Origin: an uncultured Rhodospirillaceae bacterium
GTDB lineage: Bacteria > Pseudomonadota > Alphaproteobacteria > UBA9219
NCBI GenBank assembly: GCA_964652235.1
Contig: CAZZDK010000009.1
Coordinates: forward strand, 6,261 to 70,260
Reading direction: 5' to 3'
DNA: 64,000 nucleotides
Numbering within the stretch: position 1 is the first letter of the stretch; each line of letters opens with the position of its first letter. Below, piece by piece: positions 1 through 9,491 of this stretch. The translations under genes were made by a program, and so were the position numbers. Under the pieces are notes generated by a model. The model was given only the letters and a program-made list of their open reading frames with translations. It had not been told where the DNA came from and made no database searches.

Positions 1-856
1 AAGTGCAAAAGTAAGACTTGATAACGCTGCCTACGCGCCCGCATAAAAGCGAAAAGATCGTAAGGCCTCCCATCGTCAAAACGATGGCGGGTCCCGCCCC
101 GATGCCCGCGTAAAAAGACAAAAGCAGCCCGGCATAGGCCGAAGCGCAGGCCAAAAACATGGCCAAAGGGAGGATCGCGTCGATGTTGCGCGCCCAAAAG
201 CGCGAAGCGATCGCGGGCAGAATCGTCAGGCCAAGAGCCAGCAAAGTGCCGAGCGCCTGAAACGCCGCGACGAGATTGATCATCAACAGGATGAAGAAAA
301 CCAGGTGCGAGACGCCGCCGCTTTCCCCCGCAACAGGAAAAAAATCGGGATCGAATCCTTCCACGATCCAACGGCGGTAAAACCAGGCGACGGTAAAAAA
401 CGTCAGACACCCCGCGCCCGCCACCAGACAAAGCGTCGGCGCGTCAAGAGCCAGAACGTTGCCGAACAAAAGATGCAGCAAGTCCGCCGCGCCGCCCCTG
501 AGGGATAAAAGCGTCACGCCCGCGCTGAGCGAAAGAAGGGACAGAACGGCGAAGACGGCATCTTCTTTCATCTGCGTCGCGCGGAGAATCCCGGTCGCCG
601 CGACGGCGATGAACGCCGCCGCGACAAACCCGCCAAAAGCCATGGCCCAAACCGAAAGCCCTGCCGCAAGAAAAGCGACCGCCACGCCGGGCAAAAGCGC
701 GTGCGAAAGAGCGTCGCCTACGAGCGTCATGCGCCTCAACGTCATAAAGACGCCCAGCGGCGCACCGGCCAGCCCCAAAATCAACGAAGCCGCGAGCGCC
801 CGGCGCATGAAGGCATAATCCGCGAAAGGAGCGGTCAAAAAATCAAGAACGGCCAT
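1..856 (-). CDS. znuB: Zinc ABC transporter permease ZnuB (5' part of gene in window; ORF runs off window start)
   Basis: Reverse-strand ORF open from 856 (ATG 856-854) to position 1. Hand translation gives a polytopic permease (MAVLDFLTAPFADYAF...), overlapping the stop of the upstream ABC ATPase. It is absent from the ORF track only because no stop falls in the window. Confidence 0.7.
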   Translation of the reverse strand, partial: MAVLDFLTAPFADYAFMRRALAASLILGLAGAPLGVFMTLRRMTLVGDALSHALLPGVAVAFLAAGLSVWAMAFGGFVAAAFIAVAATGILRATQMKEDAVFAVLSLLSLSAGVTLLSLRGGAADLLHLLFGNVLALDAPTLCLVAGAGCLTFFTVAWFYRRWIVEGFDPDFFPVAGESGGVSHLVFFILLMINLVAAFQALGTLLALGLTILPAIASRFWARNIDAILPLAMFLACASAYAGLLLSFYAGIGAGPAIVLTMGGLTIFSLLCGRVGSVIKSYFCT

Positions 857-1601
857 GTTCGCCTCCTCTTCCTTTCGGGTCCTTCAGCTCGGCCATATCG
901 AGATCGAAGGAGAGAAGTTTCTGCTCAAACAATTCATGCGTGTGGCCGCGCCCCAGACAATGTCCGGCCAAAAGGAAAGATTCCGGAAAATATTTACGGA
1001 TCAGCATCAGGTCGTGCAGCGCGCAAACGATGGTGCGTCCTTCTTTGTGCCAACGCAGAAGAAGGGCCATCAGCCTGCCCGTCGTTTCGGCGTCCACGGC
1101 GGCGAACGGCTCGTCGAGCAAAAGAAGCTGCGGATCCTGCAGAATAAGCCGCGCGAACAGAAGGCGCTGAAACTGGCCGCCGGACAAAGCGCCGATCTGT
1201 CTCTTTTCGAGTCCCGCAAGGCCGACTTCCGCCAGCGCAGCGCGGACGCGCTGACGCAGCGCCGACGTCAACCGCCCCGTATTGCCCGTTTCCGGCCACA
1301 GGCCCGCACAAGCGGCCTGCATGACGCTTAAGGGATAATCGCGCCGGATCGCGCTGGTCTGCGGCAGATAGCCGATTTTTCCCTTCAGCGAGGGATCCAG
1401 GGCGATCCGGCCCTTTTTCGGCCTCAAGATTCCCGCGATGGCTTTTAACAGCGTGCTTTTTCCTGCGCCGTTGGGTCCCGCGACGGCGGTCAGAGAACCG
1501 CGCGCAAAATGCCCCGAAACGTCGTGCAGCGCCCGAACCGCACCGTAATGAACGGAAAGAGACTCAAGCGTGACGGCGCTTTTCATCATGCCAGCGCCCA
1601 A
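843..1601 (-). CDS. znuC: Zinc/manganese ABC transporter ATP-binding protein ZnuC
   Basis: Walker A GPNGAGKST, ABC signature LSGGQFQRL, Walker B LLLLDEP. Divergent from znuA. Confidence 0.85.
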   Translation of the reverse strand: MGAGMMKSAVTLESLSVHYGAVRALHDVSGHFARGSLTAVAGPNGAGKSTLLKAIAGILRPKKGRIALDPSLKGKIGYLPQTSAIRRDYPLSVMQAACAGLWPETGNTGRLTSALRQRVRAALAEVGLAGLEKRQIGALSGGQFQRLLFARLILQDPQLLLLDEPFAAVDAETTGRLMALLLRWHKEGRTIVCALHDLMLIRKYFPESFLLAGHCLGRGHTHELFEQKLLSFDLDMAELKDPKGRGGEHGRS

Positions 1602-1705
1602 CAGACAAGCGCCAGCGCCAGCGCAGAGAAAAGCCCCGCGACAAGCAAGCGTTCCGCCAAGCCCAGATTGAACATAAACGCCCCTCCCTTTCCCGCCGGA
1701 AACGG

Positions 1706-1713
1706 GTTATAAC
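1706..1713. promoter_or_regulatory. Perfect 8-bp palindrome GTTATAAC in znuA / znuCB divergent promoter; possible Zur operator core
   Basis: Seen in sequence 42 bp upstream of the znuA start. A GTTATAAC-like core is what I recall for alphaproteobacterial Zur boxes. Confidence 0.25.
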
Positions 1714-1754
1714 ACGCCTTGTTTTTCGCGCAATCTTTCCCCGGAGATTTTGTT

Positions 1755-2681
1755 ATGCGCCGCCTCGTTTTTCCCGTCGCCCTCCTTGCTTTCTGTTTTT
1801 GCCTGGTCGCGCACGTCCGCGCCGACGACAAGCCCCTGACCGTCGTCGCGGGCTTTAGTCTTCTGGCCGACATGGTTCGCGAAATTGCGGGACCGGACGT
1901 CCTTGTCGAAACGCTGGTCGGCCCGGATCAAGACGCCCACGCCTACCAGCCCACACCGGACGACATGAAAAAGCTAGCGAACGCCGACATCATCGCGATC
2001 AACGGCCTGGGCTTTGAGGGCTGGATGGACCGTCTGATATCCGCCTCGGAAACGAAAGCCAAGCTGCTTGTCGCCTCGGCGGGCGTAAAGCTTCGCGCGT
2101 TAAACGCGGACGAAGCGCGCGATCATCGTCACAGGGGGGAACACCAGGGAGACGAAATCCCTGATCCGCACGCCTGGCAAAATCTTCGCAACGCGGAAAT
2201 CTACGCCCGCAACATCGCCGGCGCGATCATCCACGCAAGGCCCTCTCTCGCCGAGGAAACCCGCGCCCGACTGAAAGATTACGTCGCGCGGATCAAGGCG
2301 CTGGACGCGCAATTGCGCGACGCGTTCGCCGCCGTGCCGCCGGAGCGCAGGAAGATCGTCACCAGCCATGACGCGTTCGGCTATTTCGGCGACGCCTATG
2401 GCGTGACGTTCCTTTCGCCCGTGGGACTCAGCACGGAAACGGAGCCGTCAGCCGCCGACATGGCGCGCCTGGTGGAAGAAATAAAGGCCGAAGGCGTCAC
2501 AAAGCTCTTCGCCGAAAACATGGCCTCGCCCCGCCTGGTGCGCCAATTGGCCCGCGAGGCCGGCGTGACGCTCGGCGGCGAGCTCTACGCCGACGCCCTT
2601 TCCCGGCCGGACGGCCCGGCCCCGACCTACCTCGACATGATGCGGCATAATGCCCATGAAATGCTTGGGGCTATGAAATAA
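1755..2681 (+). CDS. znuA: Periplasmic zinc-binding protein ZnuA (start trimmed to signal-peptide Met)
   Basis: Signal peptide MRRLVFPVALLAF, SBP family 9 fold, His/Asp/Glu-rich loop DHRHRGEHQGDEIPDPH typical of ZnuA. Confidence 0.85.
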   Translation: MRRLVFPVALLAFCFCLVAHVRADDKPLTVVAGFSLLADMVREIAGPDVLVETLVGPDQDAHAYQPTPDDMKKLANADIIAINGLGFEGWMDRLISASETKAKLLVASAGVKLRALNADEARDHRHRGEHQGDEIPDPHAWQNLRNAEIYARNIAGAIIHARPSLAEETRARLKDYVARIKALDAQLRDAFAAVPPERRKIVTSHDAFGYFGDAYGVTFLSPVGLSTETEPSAADMARLVEEIKAEGVTKLFAENMASPRLVRQLAREAGVTLGGELYADALSRPDGPAPTYLDMMRHNAHEMLGAMK

Positions 2682-2895
2682 TCTGCGCCCGCCAGCAAAG
2701 CGGCGTCTCTTTTCGTTTCACTTTTTCGTCTTTTGTTAACCAAGCCTTTGAAAATAATTAAAAGCTCCTTAACCGTCCGGGGTGTAAAAGATAGTATGCG
2801 GGGGATTGTTTGAAAGGCGCCTTCGGGTTTGAAAAAACGCAGGCCCCGGTTTAACAAGGCGCCCTGCAAGAGAAGGCGAAAGCACCGGAGATTTT

Positions 2896-5800
2896 ATGCT
2901 GTTTTCACAGGATAAAGACAAAGAGAACAAAGCCCCCAAACGTTCGCTTTGGGGCACGTTGTTCAATCCCCGCTTCGGCGACGACATCAAGCCGCTCGCC
3001 GAGACCTCTCGTATGTTCGCCAATCTCGTCGCGATGGTTTTGGCCACCAACAATCTGTTTCCCAAAGATCACCCGGCGCTGCGCGACGCGACGGTGCGCC
3101 TTTCTCTCAGCGAGGTAATCGCCATCGCCTGGAGCCGCCTGTCTTTCACGAAAGAAGGCCTGCCCCAAATCGTCCTCTTCGCCGCCGTTATCGGCTGCAT
3201 GGTCTTTTCGGCGCTGTTCATTATCACGCTTATCTTCTCGTTCTTCATCACCCCCGCCCACGCAGCGGAAAGTTCGAGTATGTTTACGCCCGCCGATGGT
3301 GGCGCTGGCGATTGGGCTCAAAACTGGCTTAATTATATTTTTTCTGGTGAGCCTTATTCCTTGAATCTGGAGGAGTATTCCAATGTGCCAAAATCATGCG
3401 TTTGGCAATCAGCCCTTGGGAAAGCCCTTGGCTTCTACAGCGGAGGGATACTTGTCCTGGCCGGAATTATTCTCCTTTATCACTTATTTTCCATGGTTGC
3501 TGAAACGGCCCATTCCGGAAAGGTTATGGGCAATGCAAACCAAATCTGGGCGCCTATACGGCTTGTCGTGGCGATCGGTCTTTTGGTCCCCATTGGAAGC
3601 GCCTCAGCTGGAACCAATTGTTCTATATCGGGCCTGAATACCGGCCAATATCTCGTTGTGCAAGTGGCTAAGTGGGGTTCTGGACTAGCAAGCAATGTGT
3701 GGAAAGTCTTCACGGAAGCCGTTGGCGAAACAACGCCCCCTAGCGATTGTCAGAAGGGGAGCGGCTCTCCTTCCTGCATACAAGTCCCGGCCTCTGTAAA
3801 GAAACCAGCTGTCGGGATTATAAGCAATTATTTTTGCGCAGCTATGTATAATCGTTATATGTCTGAGCTTGGCCTCAAAGATTATTTTATCGAAGCGGCT
3901 ACTGATGTTTCTGCTGGGGATCATTTTTTTGGTCCCAAGTCTACTTTGGGACCAAACGGTTTTAATTTTACCGCAAGAAAATTGTGCGGGGGCTATTCCC
4001 TCCCCGCTCTCCCGGCAGACAGCCTCTATAGGTCAGTTTATGAGACCCAAAGGGCCGCGCTTGGTTCTTATCTCACCAAAGCCAAAGAAAAAGTTAATAC
4101 CTATGTTACCTATTATGTACCCGGCGGTGTCGTTCCTCACGACATCAACGAAGAAATAAAGGAATTGACGGAATCCTTTCGAGAGGACGCTGATAATAGA
4201 GTCCAATCGATCCTTCCTGCCGCCGACAAGCAGGCAAAAGAAATGGATCCTATGTTATCCAACAAGCTGGTAAAAGATGGTGGCTGGCTTATGGCGGGCG
4301 CATGGTTTAACTCTATTGCGAAAAATCAAGCAGATCGCTCGGCCAGTGTACAAAATGCCATGCCCCTGGTTTTAGAAAAGAGTTTGACGACACTAGTGGA
4401 GGAAAAATTTTCTTTCTCCAGAGAAAAAAAGAAGGGAATCTCTTCTCCAGAAGAGCGCACTTTAGCCGCGGTCAGAAAATTTGAGGAAGATATAGGTTTC
4501 TTAGGAGACGCTCCTGTTAAAGCCTCAACGGAAAAAACTGCCGAACAGGGAAAAAAATCTGACGATTCTGCGTGGGATACTCTCAAGCAGATAATAAAAT
4601 CTGCTAACCCGGCTCAGGGGCTCGTTAATCTTCTGGTAAAAATGTTAACTGACTATAATATCAGCAACACAAAGGGATTGGCCCTCAGATTCAACTCTTT
4701 TGCCAATCCTTTGGCTGAGGTGGCAGCCTTTGGCCACAGTCTTGTTAATCTATCTCTTGATCTTTTCGGTTTGGCTTTGGCTGCCTATGCGGTGGGTCTT
4801 TTGCTTTCAGGCGCTGGCCTCGTCGGGGGGCTTCTGGCAACGATAGCTTTGCCCTTCTTTACGGCCGGGGCCTTTCTTGGTTTTTTGCTTCCTCTTGTCC
4901 CCTTCTTCCGTTTCTTTTTTGGTGCCCTTACTTGGATTATAGGTCTTTTTGAGGCTGTCGTTGCCGTCCCCCTTTGGGCCCTCGCTCATATGAACCCGGA
5001 AGGAGCCGGTCTTCCAGGGGGAATGGCTAAAAGTGGCTATTTCTTTATCCTTAATACTATGCTCCGCCCAGTTTTGATGATTTTCGGATTAATTGCAGGC
5101 TATCTCCTCTTTCTTGTTTCCCTGAGTTTTCTCAACACCGCGTTCTCTATGGCGGCGCAAACAACGGGGAGCTTAAATGGGTCGACGCGCAACCTAGCGA
5201 CCCTTGTTTTTACCTTCATGTATTGTGGTACGGTTTACACTCTTGGCAACCAATGCTTTAAATCCATAGGCATGTTCCCCGAACACGCTTTGCGGTGGCT
5301 CGGCACAAGCGGTCACCAAGAGAAAATGGGCGACCCGTCCATGTCCCAACAGACAATGGGCGCTGTTGGAAGTTATGTTTTGGGACAAGGGATTGGTCAA
5401 CTCGGGGGAGCTGCTAAACAACTAGGGGACAACTTAAGGGGGAAAAAGAAGGCCGCCGCCGACCAAAGAGCCAGCGCCCTCGCGGATCAACGCCGTGATG
5501 GGATCGCCCGACAACGCCATGACGATAATATGCGCGCGCAGGGCATGAGGATGGTCACCGACAATGAAGGCAACCCTGTCTTGGGCGATGGCGGTGCGCC
5601 TACATACGAACGCGACCCCAATGCCATCCAGCAGGCTTCGGGCGGGGAGCAGATTCAGTCGGGCGGTGACGGCGGCGGACAGTCCATCGCTTCCAGCAGC
5701 CCTCCCCCGCCGCCTATACCGAAGGGCTTCCAGAAATCGGAAAGCAGCGATCTCGTCATTCCCTCGACCCTCGCTACGGAACAGAAGACCGCGAAAAACG

Positions 5801-5925
5801 AGCAACCGGCCGTGAAGGAGGAAGCCGCCGCCGCAGAGGCGAAGAGAAAGAACGACGAGCAAAGCGCAGAGAAGTCGCTTGCCGATATGCGGGCCGAACA
5901 CGCGCGGAAAAGCTGGGAGACTTAA
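2896..5925 (+). CDS. Large polytopic membrane protein with Cys-containing periplasmic domain and Gly/Pro/charged C-terminal tail; candidate DotA/TraY-like (or VirB6/TrbL-like) T4SS inner-membrane component
   Basis: 1009 aa. N-terminal TM segments, a ~380-aa AT-richer central soluble domain with paired cysteines, a cluster of 5-6 TM helices (res ~600-800), then a GGDGGG / PPPPPIP / KE-rich tail. Its length is close to what I recall for Legionella DotA (~1048 aa), and T4BSS-like genes lie 15 kb away. Confidence 0.55.
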   Translation: MLFSQDKDKENKAPKRSLWGTLFNPRFGDDIKPLAETSRMFANLVAMVLATNNLFPKDHPALRDATVRLSLSEVIAIAWSRLSFTKEGLPQIVLFAAVIGCMVFSALFIITLIFSFFITPAHAAESSSMFTPADGGAGDWAQNWLNYIFSGEPYSLNLEEYSNVPKSCVWQSALGKALGFYSGGILVLAGIILLYHLFSMVAETAHSGKVMGNANQIWAPIRLVVAIGLLVPIGSASAGTNCSISGLNTGQYLVVQVAKWGSGLASNVWKVFTEAVGETTPPSDCQKGSGSPSCIQVPASVKKPAVGIISNYFCAAMYNRYMSELGLKDYFIEAATDVSAGDHFFGPKSTLGPNGFNFTARKLCGGYSLPALPADSLYRSVYETQRAALGSYLTKAKEKVNTYVTYYVPGGVVPHDINEEIKELTESFREDADNRVQSILPAADKQAKEMDPMLSNKLVKDGGWLMAGAWFNSIAKNQADRSASVQNAMPLVLEKSLTTLVEEKFSFSREKKKGISSPEERTLAAVRKFEEDIGFLGDAPVKASTEKTAEQGKKSDDSAWDTLKQIIKSANPAQGLVNLLVKMLTDYNISNTKGLALRFNSFANPLAEVAAFGHSLVNLSLDLFGLALAAYAVGLLLSGAGLVGGLLATIALPFFTAGAFLGFLLPLVPFFRFFFGALTWIIGLFEAVVAVPLWALAHMNPEGAGLPGGMAKSGYFFILNTMLRPVLMIFGLIAGYLLFLVSLSFLNTAFSMAAQTTGSLNGSTRNLATLVFTFMYCGTVYTLGNQCFKSIGMFPEHALRWLGTSGHQEKMGDPSMSQQTMGAVGSYVLGQGIGQLGGAAKQLGDNLRGKKKAAADQRASALADQRRDGIARQRHDDNMRAQGMRMVTDNEGNPVLGDGGAPTYERDPNAIQQASGGEQIQSGGDGGGQSIASSSPPPPPIPKGFQKSESSDLVIPSTLATEQKTAKNEQPAVKEEAAAAEAKRKNDEQSAEKSLADMRAEHARKSWET

Positions 5926-6267
5926 AAGCCTAATCGACGCTTTGTTTTGCCCTCTTAAGAAGGTTGATTCTCCATGCCCCTTCCCCGCAAATCCCGCTTT
6001 TTCCTGCCTCTTAAACTCTGGCTGGCTTCGATAACGGGGGAAAGCGCCGCGCCAACCCAAACGGGCGCAGGTGGCGGCCCCGCCGCCGCGCAGAAAAACC
6101 AAAGCGCCCAGGCCGCCGCAGGCGCCAGGCCGCGCGTTCATGTTCCCAAGGCCACGCTTGAAAGCGTTCCTCGCCCGACGGAAGATTTTTTCCGCAAGGG
6201 CGGCATCTGACCCCTTTCCCCCTCTTCCAAAACAAGGCATGGTGGCCGCCTGAAAAGGTGGATAATT

Positions 6268-7326
6268 ATGCTCGTTTTAGGTTTGGAAAGCAGCTGCGAC
6301 GAAACGGCGGTGGGGATCGTAGAGGATTCCGCCGAGCTTGAATCCTCTTCCGGGGGACGCGTTTTGGCGAACGTCGTGGCCGCGCAGCTTGAGGAGCATC
6401 GGCCCTATGGCGGCGTGGTGCCGGAAATCGCGGCGCGCGCGCATCTCGATAAAATCGACGCGCTGGTGCGCGAAGCGCTTGCCCAGGCGAAAGTGGCCCT
6501 GCGGGACCTCGATGGCATCGCGGCGACCTGCGGCCCCGGCCTAATCGGCGGCGTGATGGTCGGCGCGATGACGGGCAAGGCTCTCTCCGCCGTCACGGGC
6601 AAACCCTTTATCGCCGTCAATCACCTCGAAGCTCACGCCCTCACCGCGCGACTTTCGCATGATGTTTCTTTTCCTTTTCTGCTGTTGCTTGTCTCCGGCG
6701 GTCATTGTCAGCTTGTCTGGGTGGAGGGCGTAGGCCGCTATCGCAAACTGGGAGGCACGCTCGACGACGCGGTAGGTGAATGTTTCGACAAAAGCGCCAA
6801 GCTTTTAGGTTTGGGCTATCCGGGCGGTCCGCTGATCGAGCGTGCCGCCGCGCAGGGAAACCCGAAGGCCTTCGCTCTGCCGCGCCCCATGATGGGCCGC
6901 GCAGGCTGCGATTTTTCTTTCTCCGGCCTGAAAACCGCCGTCCGGCAAGCCGTCTCTGAAGCGCCAAAGCCCCTAACCGAAACCTTCGTCGCCGATATGG
7001 CGGCTTCGTTACAGGAAGCCGTGGCCGCGATTTTAACGGACCGCACGCGCCAGGCGCTTGCGATTCTAAGGGAAGAAAGAGCAGAACCGACCGCGCTGGT
7101 CGTGGGCGGCGGCGTGGCGGCCAATCGAGCGATCCGCGAAGCCTTGACGGCGCTGGGCGCGGAATGGGGCGCGCGGTTTCTGGCCCCGCCGCCGGGACTT
7201 TGCACCGATAACGGCGTCATGATAGCCTGGGCCGGACTTGAAAGATTGAGACTCGGCCTTCAAGACGGTTTGGCTTTCGCGGCCAGACCGAGATGGCCGC
7301 TTGAAGGATTGAAGGAAACCGGATGA
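6268..7326 (+). CDS. tsaD: tRNA N6-threonylcarbamoyladenosine synthase TsaD
   Basis: N-terminal [12 protein letters not shown] and HLEAHAL metal-binding motif. Length 352 aa. Confidence 0.9.
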   Translation: MLVLGLESSCDETAVGIVEDSAELESSSGGRVLANVVAAQLEEHRPYGGVVPEIAARAHLDKIDALVREALAQAKVALRDLDGIAATCGPGLIGGVMVGAMTGKALSAVTGKPFIAVNHLEAHALTARLSHDVSFPFLLLLVSGGHCQLVWVEGVGRYRKLGGTLDDAVGECFDKSAKLLGLGYPGGPLIERAAAQGNPKAFALPRPMMGRAGCDFSFSGLKTAVRQAVSEAPKPLTETFVADMAASLQEAVAAILTDRTRQALAILREERAEPTALVVGGGVAANRAIREALTALGAEWGARFLAPPPGLCTDNGVMIAWAGLERLRLGLQDGLAFAARPRWPLEGLKETG

Positions 7327-8330
7327 ATCTTTTTCAGCGTTTTGGGATCATCGGTGGCGGCGCGTGGGGCACGGCGCTCGGCGCGGCGCTGGTCCGCGCG
7401 GGCCGCGACGTTGTTCTTTGGGCGCGGGAAAAAGAAGTCGCCGCCTCGGTCAACGAGCGCCATGAAAACGAAATCTTTCTGCCGGGCGTCAAGCTTGACC
7501 CGAAACTAAGGGCGACGAACGAGCTGCGCGATTTGGTTTTTTGCGACGTCTGGCTTCTTGTCGCGCCGGTGCAGCATACGCGCCTTGTCTGCGCGCAAAT
7601 CGACGCCGTGGGAGCGGATAAAAACATCCCCATCGTCCTTTGCTCCAAGGGCATTGAAATGGGGACGCTTAAGCTTCCTTCCTCCATCGTGCAGGAATCG
7701 CTGCCGGGCCATCCGCTCGCGGTTTTGTCGGGGCCGAGTTTCGCCGCCGAAGTCGCCCGCGATCTGCCCACCGCGCTTACGCTCGCCTGCGCGAACGAAG
7801 AAACGGGCCTGGCGCTTGTTCGGTCGGTCGGCTCGCGCACCTTTCGCCCTTACGCCAGCGACGACGTGATCGGCACGCAAGTCGGGGGCGCGATCAAAAA
7901 CGTTCTGGCCGTCGCGACGGGAATCGCCGCCGGATGCGGCCTTGGCGAAAACGCCCGCGCCGCGCTGATCACGCGAGGACTGGCTGAAATGATGCGCCTC
8001 GGCTCGGCGCTGGGGGCCAGGCCGGAAACGCTTATGGGTCTTTCGGGCCTGGGCGATCTCACCCTCACCTGCGCCAGCACGCAATCGCGCAATATGTCTT
8101 TAGGGTTAGCGTTGGGACAAGGCCGCAAGCTGGCCGATATTCTGGCCGAACGCAAAAGCGTGGCCGAAGGCGTTCCGACCTCCGAAGCGGCGGCGGCTCT
8201 GGCCCGCGCCTGCCGGGTGGATATGCCGATCGTCGCCGCGGTGGACGCCGTTCTGAACCACGGCGCGCGCGTGGAAGACACCATCGCGGCGCTTTTGGCG
8301 AGGCCCTTTAAGGCGGAAAGGAATTCGTAA
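7323..8330 (+). CDS. gpsA: NAD(P)H-dependent glycerol-3-phosphate dehydrogenase GpsA
   Basis: [13 protein letters not shown] Rossmann motif. Overlaps tsaD stop by 4 nt. Confidence 0.9.
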   Translation: MNLFQRFGIIGGGAWGTALGAALVRAGRDVVLWAREKEVAASVNERHENEIFLPGVKLDPKLRATNELRDLVFCDVWLLVAPVQHTRLVCAQIDAVGADKNIPIVLCSKGIEMGTLKLPSSIVQESLPGHPLAVLSGPSFAAEVARDLPTALTLACANEETGLALVRSVGSRTFRPYASDDVIGTQVGGAIKNVLAVATGIAAGCGLGENARAALITRGLAEMMRLGSALGARPETLMGLSGLGDLTLTCASTQSRNMSLGLALGQGRKLADILAERKSVAEGVPTSEAAAALARACRVDMPIVAAVDAVLNHGARVEDTIAALLARPFKAERNS

Positions 8331-8390
8331 CCGGAATCAAACCTTTCGCTAACCATAAAACAAGCTTTTCGTAACGTTTTCCAAAAAGAT

Positions 8391-8420
8391 GAAGGCCCGC
8401 TTTCGCGGGCCTTCTCTTTT
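8391..8420. terminator. Bidirectional rho-independent terminator (10-bp GC stem, tttc loop, T-runs on both strands) between gpsA and convergent small gene
   Basis: gaaggcccgc-tttc-gcgggccttc followed by tctttt; preceded by aaaaag on the other strand. Confidence 0.6.
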
Positions 8421-8463
8421 GCTGCAAGGGGTAGGCAGCGAAACGTTGAGAAGAGAGCCGGTC

Positions 8464-8703
8464 TTAGACGGCGCGTTGATGCGCCGGAAGCGTCATGCCC
8501 ACCTCGTGGACGGCGCGGACGATGCGCTCGCCGATGCTGCCCACGCGGGCGGCGGCGGCGGCGTAGCTGCCGGTCGAGCGACGGATGGCGGCCAGCGTCT
8601 TGTCGAGCGCAACCAGGTTCGTCTGGTTGGTCATCGCAATGAGGCGCTCCAACGTCTCATCGGCTGACGGGGCAAGATACTGAAACTCGAATTCCTGTGC
8701 CAT
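8464..8703 (-). CDS. Hypothetical small protein (79 aa)
   Basis: Clean ORF ending at the bidirectional terminator. No recognisable motif. Confidence 0.4.
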   Translation of the reverse strand: MAQEFEFQYLAPSADETLERLIAMTNQTNLVALDKTLAAIRRSTGSYAAAAARVGSIGERIVRAVHEVGMTLPAHQRAV

Positions 8704-9010
8704 GGTGCTTCTCTTCGGTTCGGGTTGGCCGCTTGAAGATTTTTGAAGCTTTCTTCCCGCGGTCTTTCTTCGTTTTTCCTTGCGAATCGCTTGGTTTTTT
8801 CTCGCAAAGATCGACTTTCGATACTTCCAACTTACACAGGATTGCTGAATTCCAAGTTAATACGGCGCGTTTTTTTTCGAAGAAAAACGCCTTTTTTTGG
8901 CTCAAACCTTAGGATTTTCGAAGGGTTCATTGAGAAACTATTAACCACGACTATGGTAGAATAGCCTATCCTGAGAAAAGGGACGGCTCAAAAACATAAG
9001 GAAAAAGGCC

Positions 9011-9421
9011 ATGTCCAGCGTTTTTTCGACAGCGATTTCAGGCATGAACGCCGCCGTGGCGCAAATGCTGAACGCGGCGACAAACATAGTTAACGCTTCG
9101 TCAACAGGAAAATTGCCTGCCGCCGAAAACGAAAAAGCCACGTCTTTCGCGCCGCAAGACGTCGTTATCGCTTCGAACAACGAAGGCGATCATCATCTAG
9201 GCGTGACGGCGACGCGCGTGCCGCGCGAGCCTTCTTACTATCCGATGTATGATCCCCAAGCGCCGGACGCGAACGAGCAGGGCCTCGTCGCCGCGCCGAA
9301 CGTCGATATTGCTTCCGAAATCCTGGACGTGATGACGGCAAAGATCGCCTACGAAGCCAGCGCCAAGGTCATCGCGGCCGAAAAGAAAACGCAGGAAACC
9401 CTGCTCGACACGTTAACGTAA
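9011..9421 (+). CDS. flgC: Flagellar basal-body rod protein family (FlgC-like), orphan copy
   Basis: N-terminal rod motif SGMNAAVAQMLNAATNIVNASSTG and C-terminal PNVDIASEILDVMTAKIAYEASAKVI...TLLDTL match FlgB/FlgC family ends. 136 aa. No other flagellar genes in the window. Confidence 0.65.
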   Translation: MSSVFSTAISGMNAAVAQMLNAATNIVNASSTGKLPAAENEKATSFAPQDVVIASNNEGDHHLGVTATRVPREPSYYPMYDPQAPDANEQGLVAAPNVDIASEILDVMTAKIAYEASAKVIAAEKKTQETLLDTLT

Positions 9422-9491
9422 AAAGCTTCCCCGAAACCAAAAATCCCGCTTCCTGCCGAGGCCGCGTTGAGGTAAAAGAAGGGCTTCCCGG

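Noticed and set aside
5974-6210. 78-aa ORF between the large membrane-protein gene and tsaD
   Set aside because: Low-complexity Ala/Gly/Pro-rich, no motif. Kept out of features as probably non-coding.
5434-6240. 268-aa minus-strand ORF overlapping the 3' end of the large membrane-protein gene
   Set aside because: Arg/Gly-rich antisense translation of a GC-rich coding region; no RBS; overlaps a much better supported gene.
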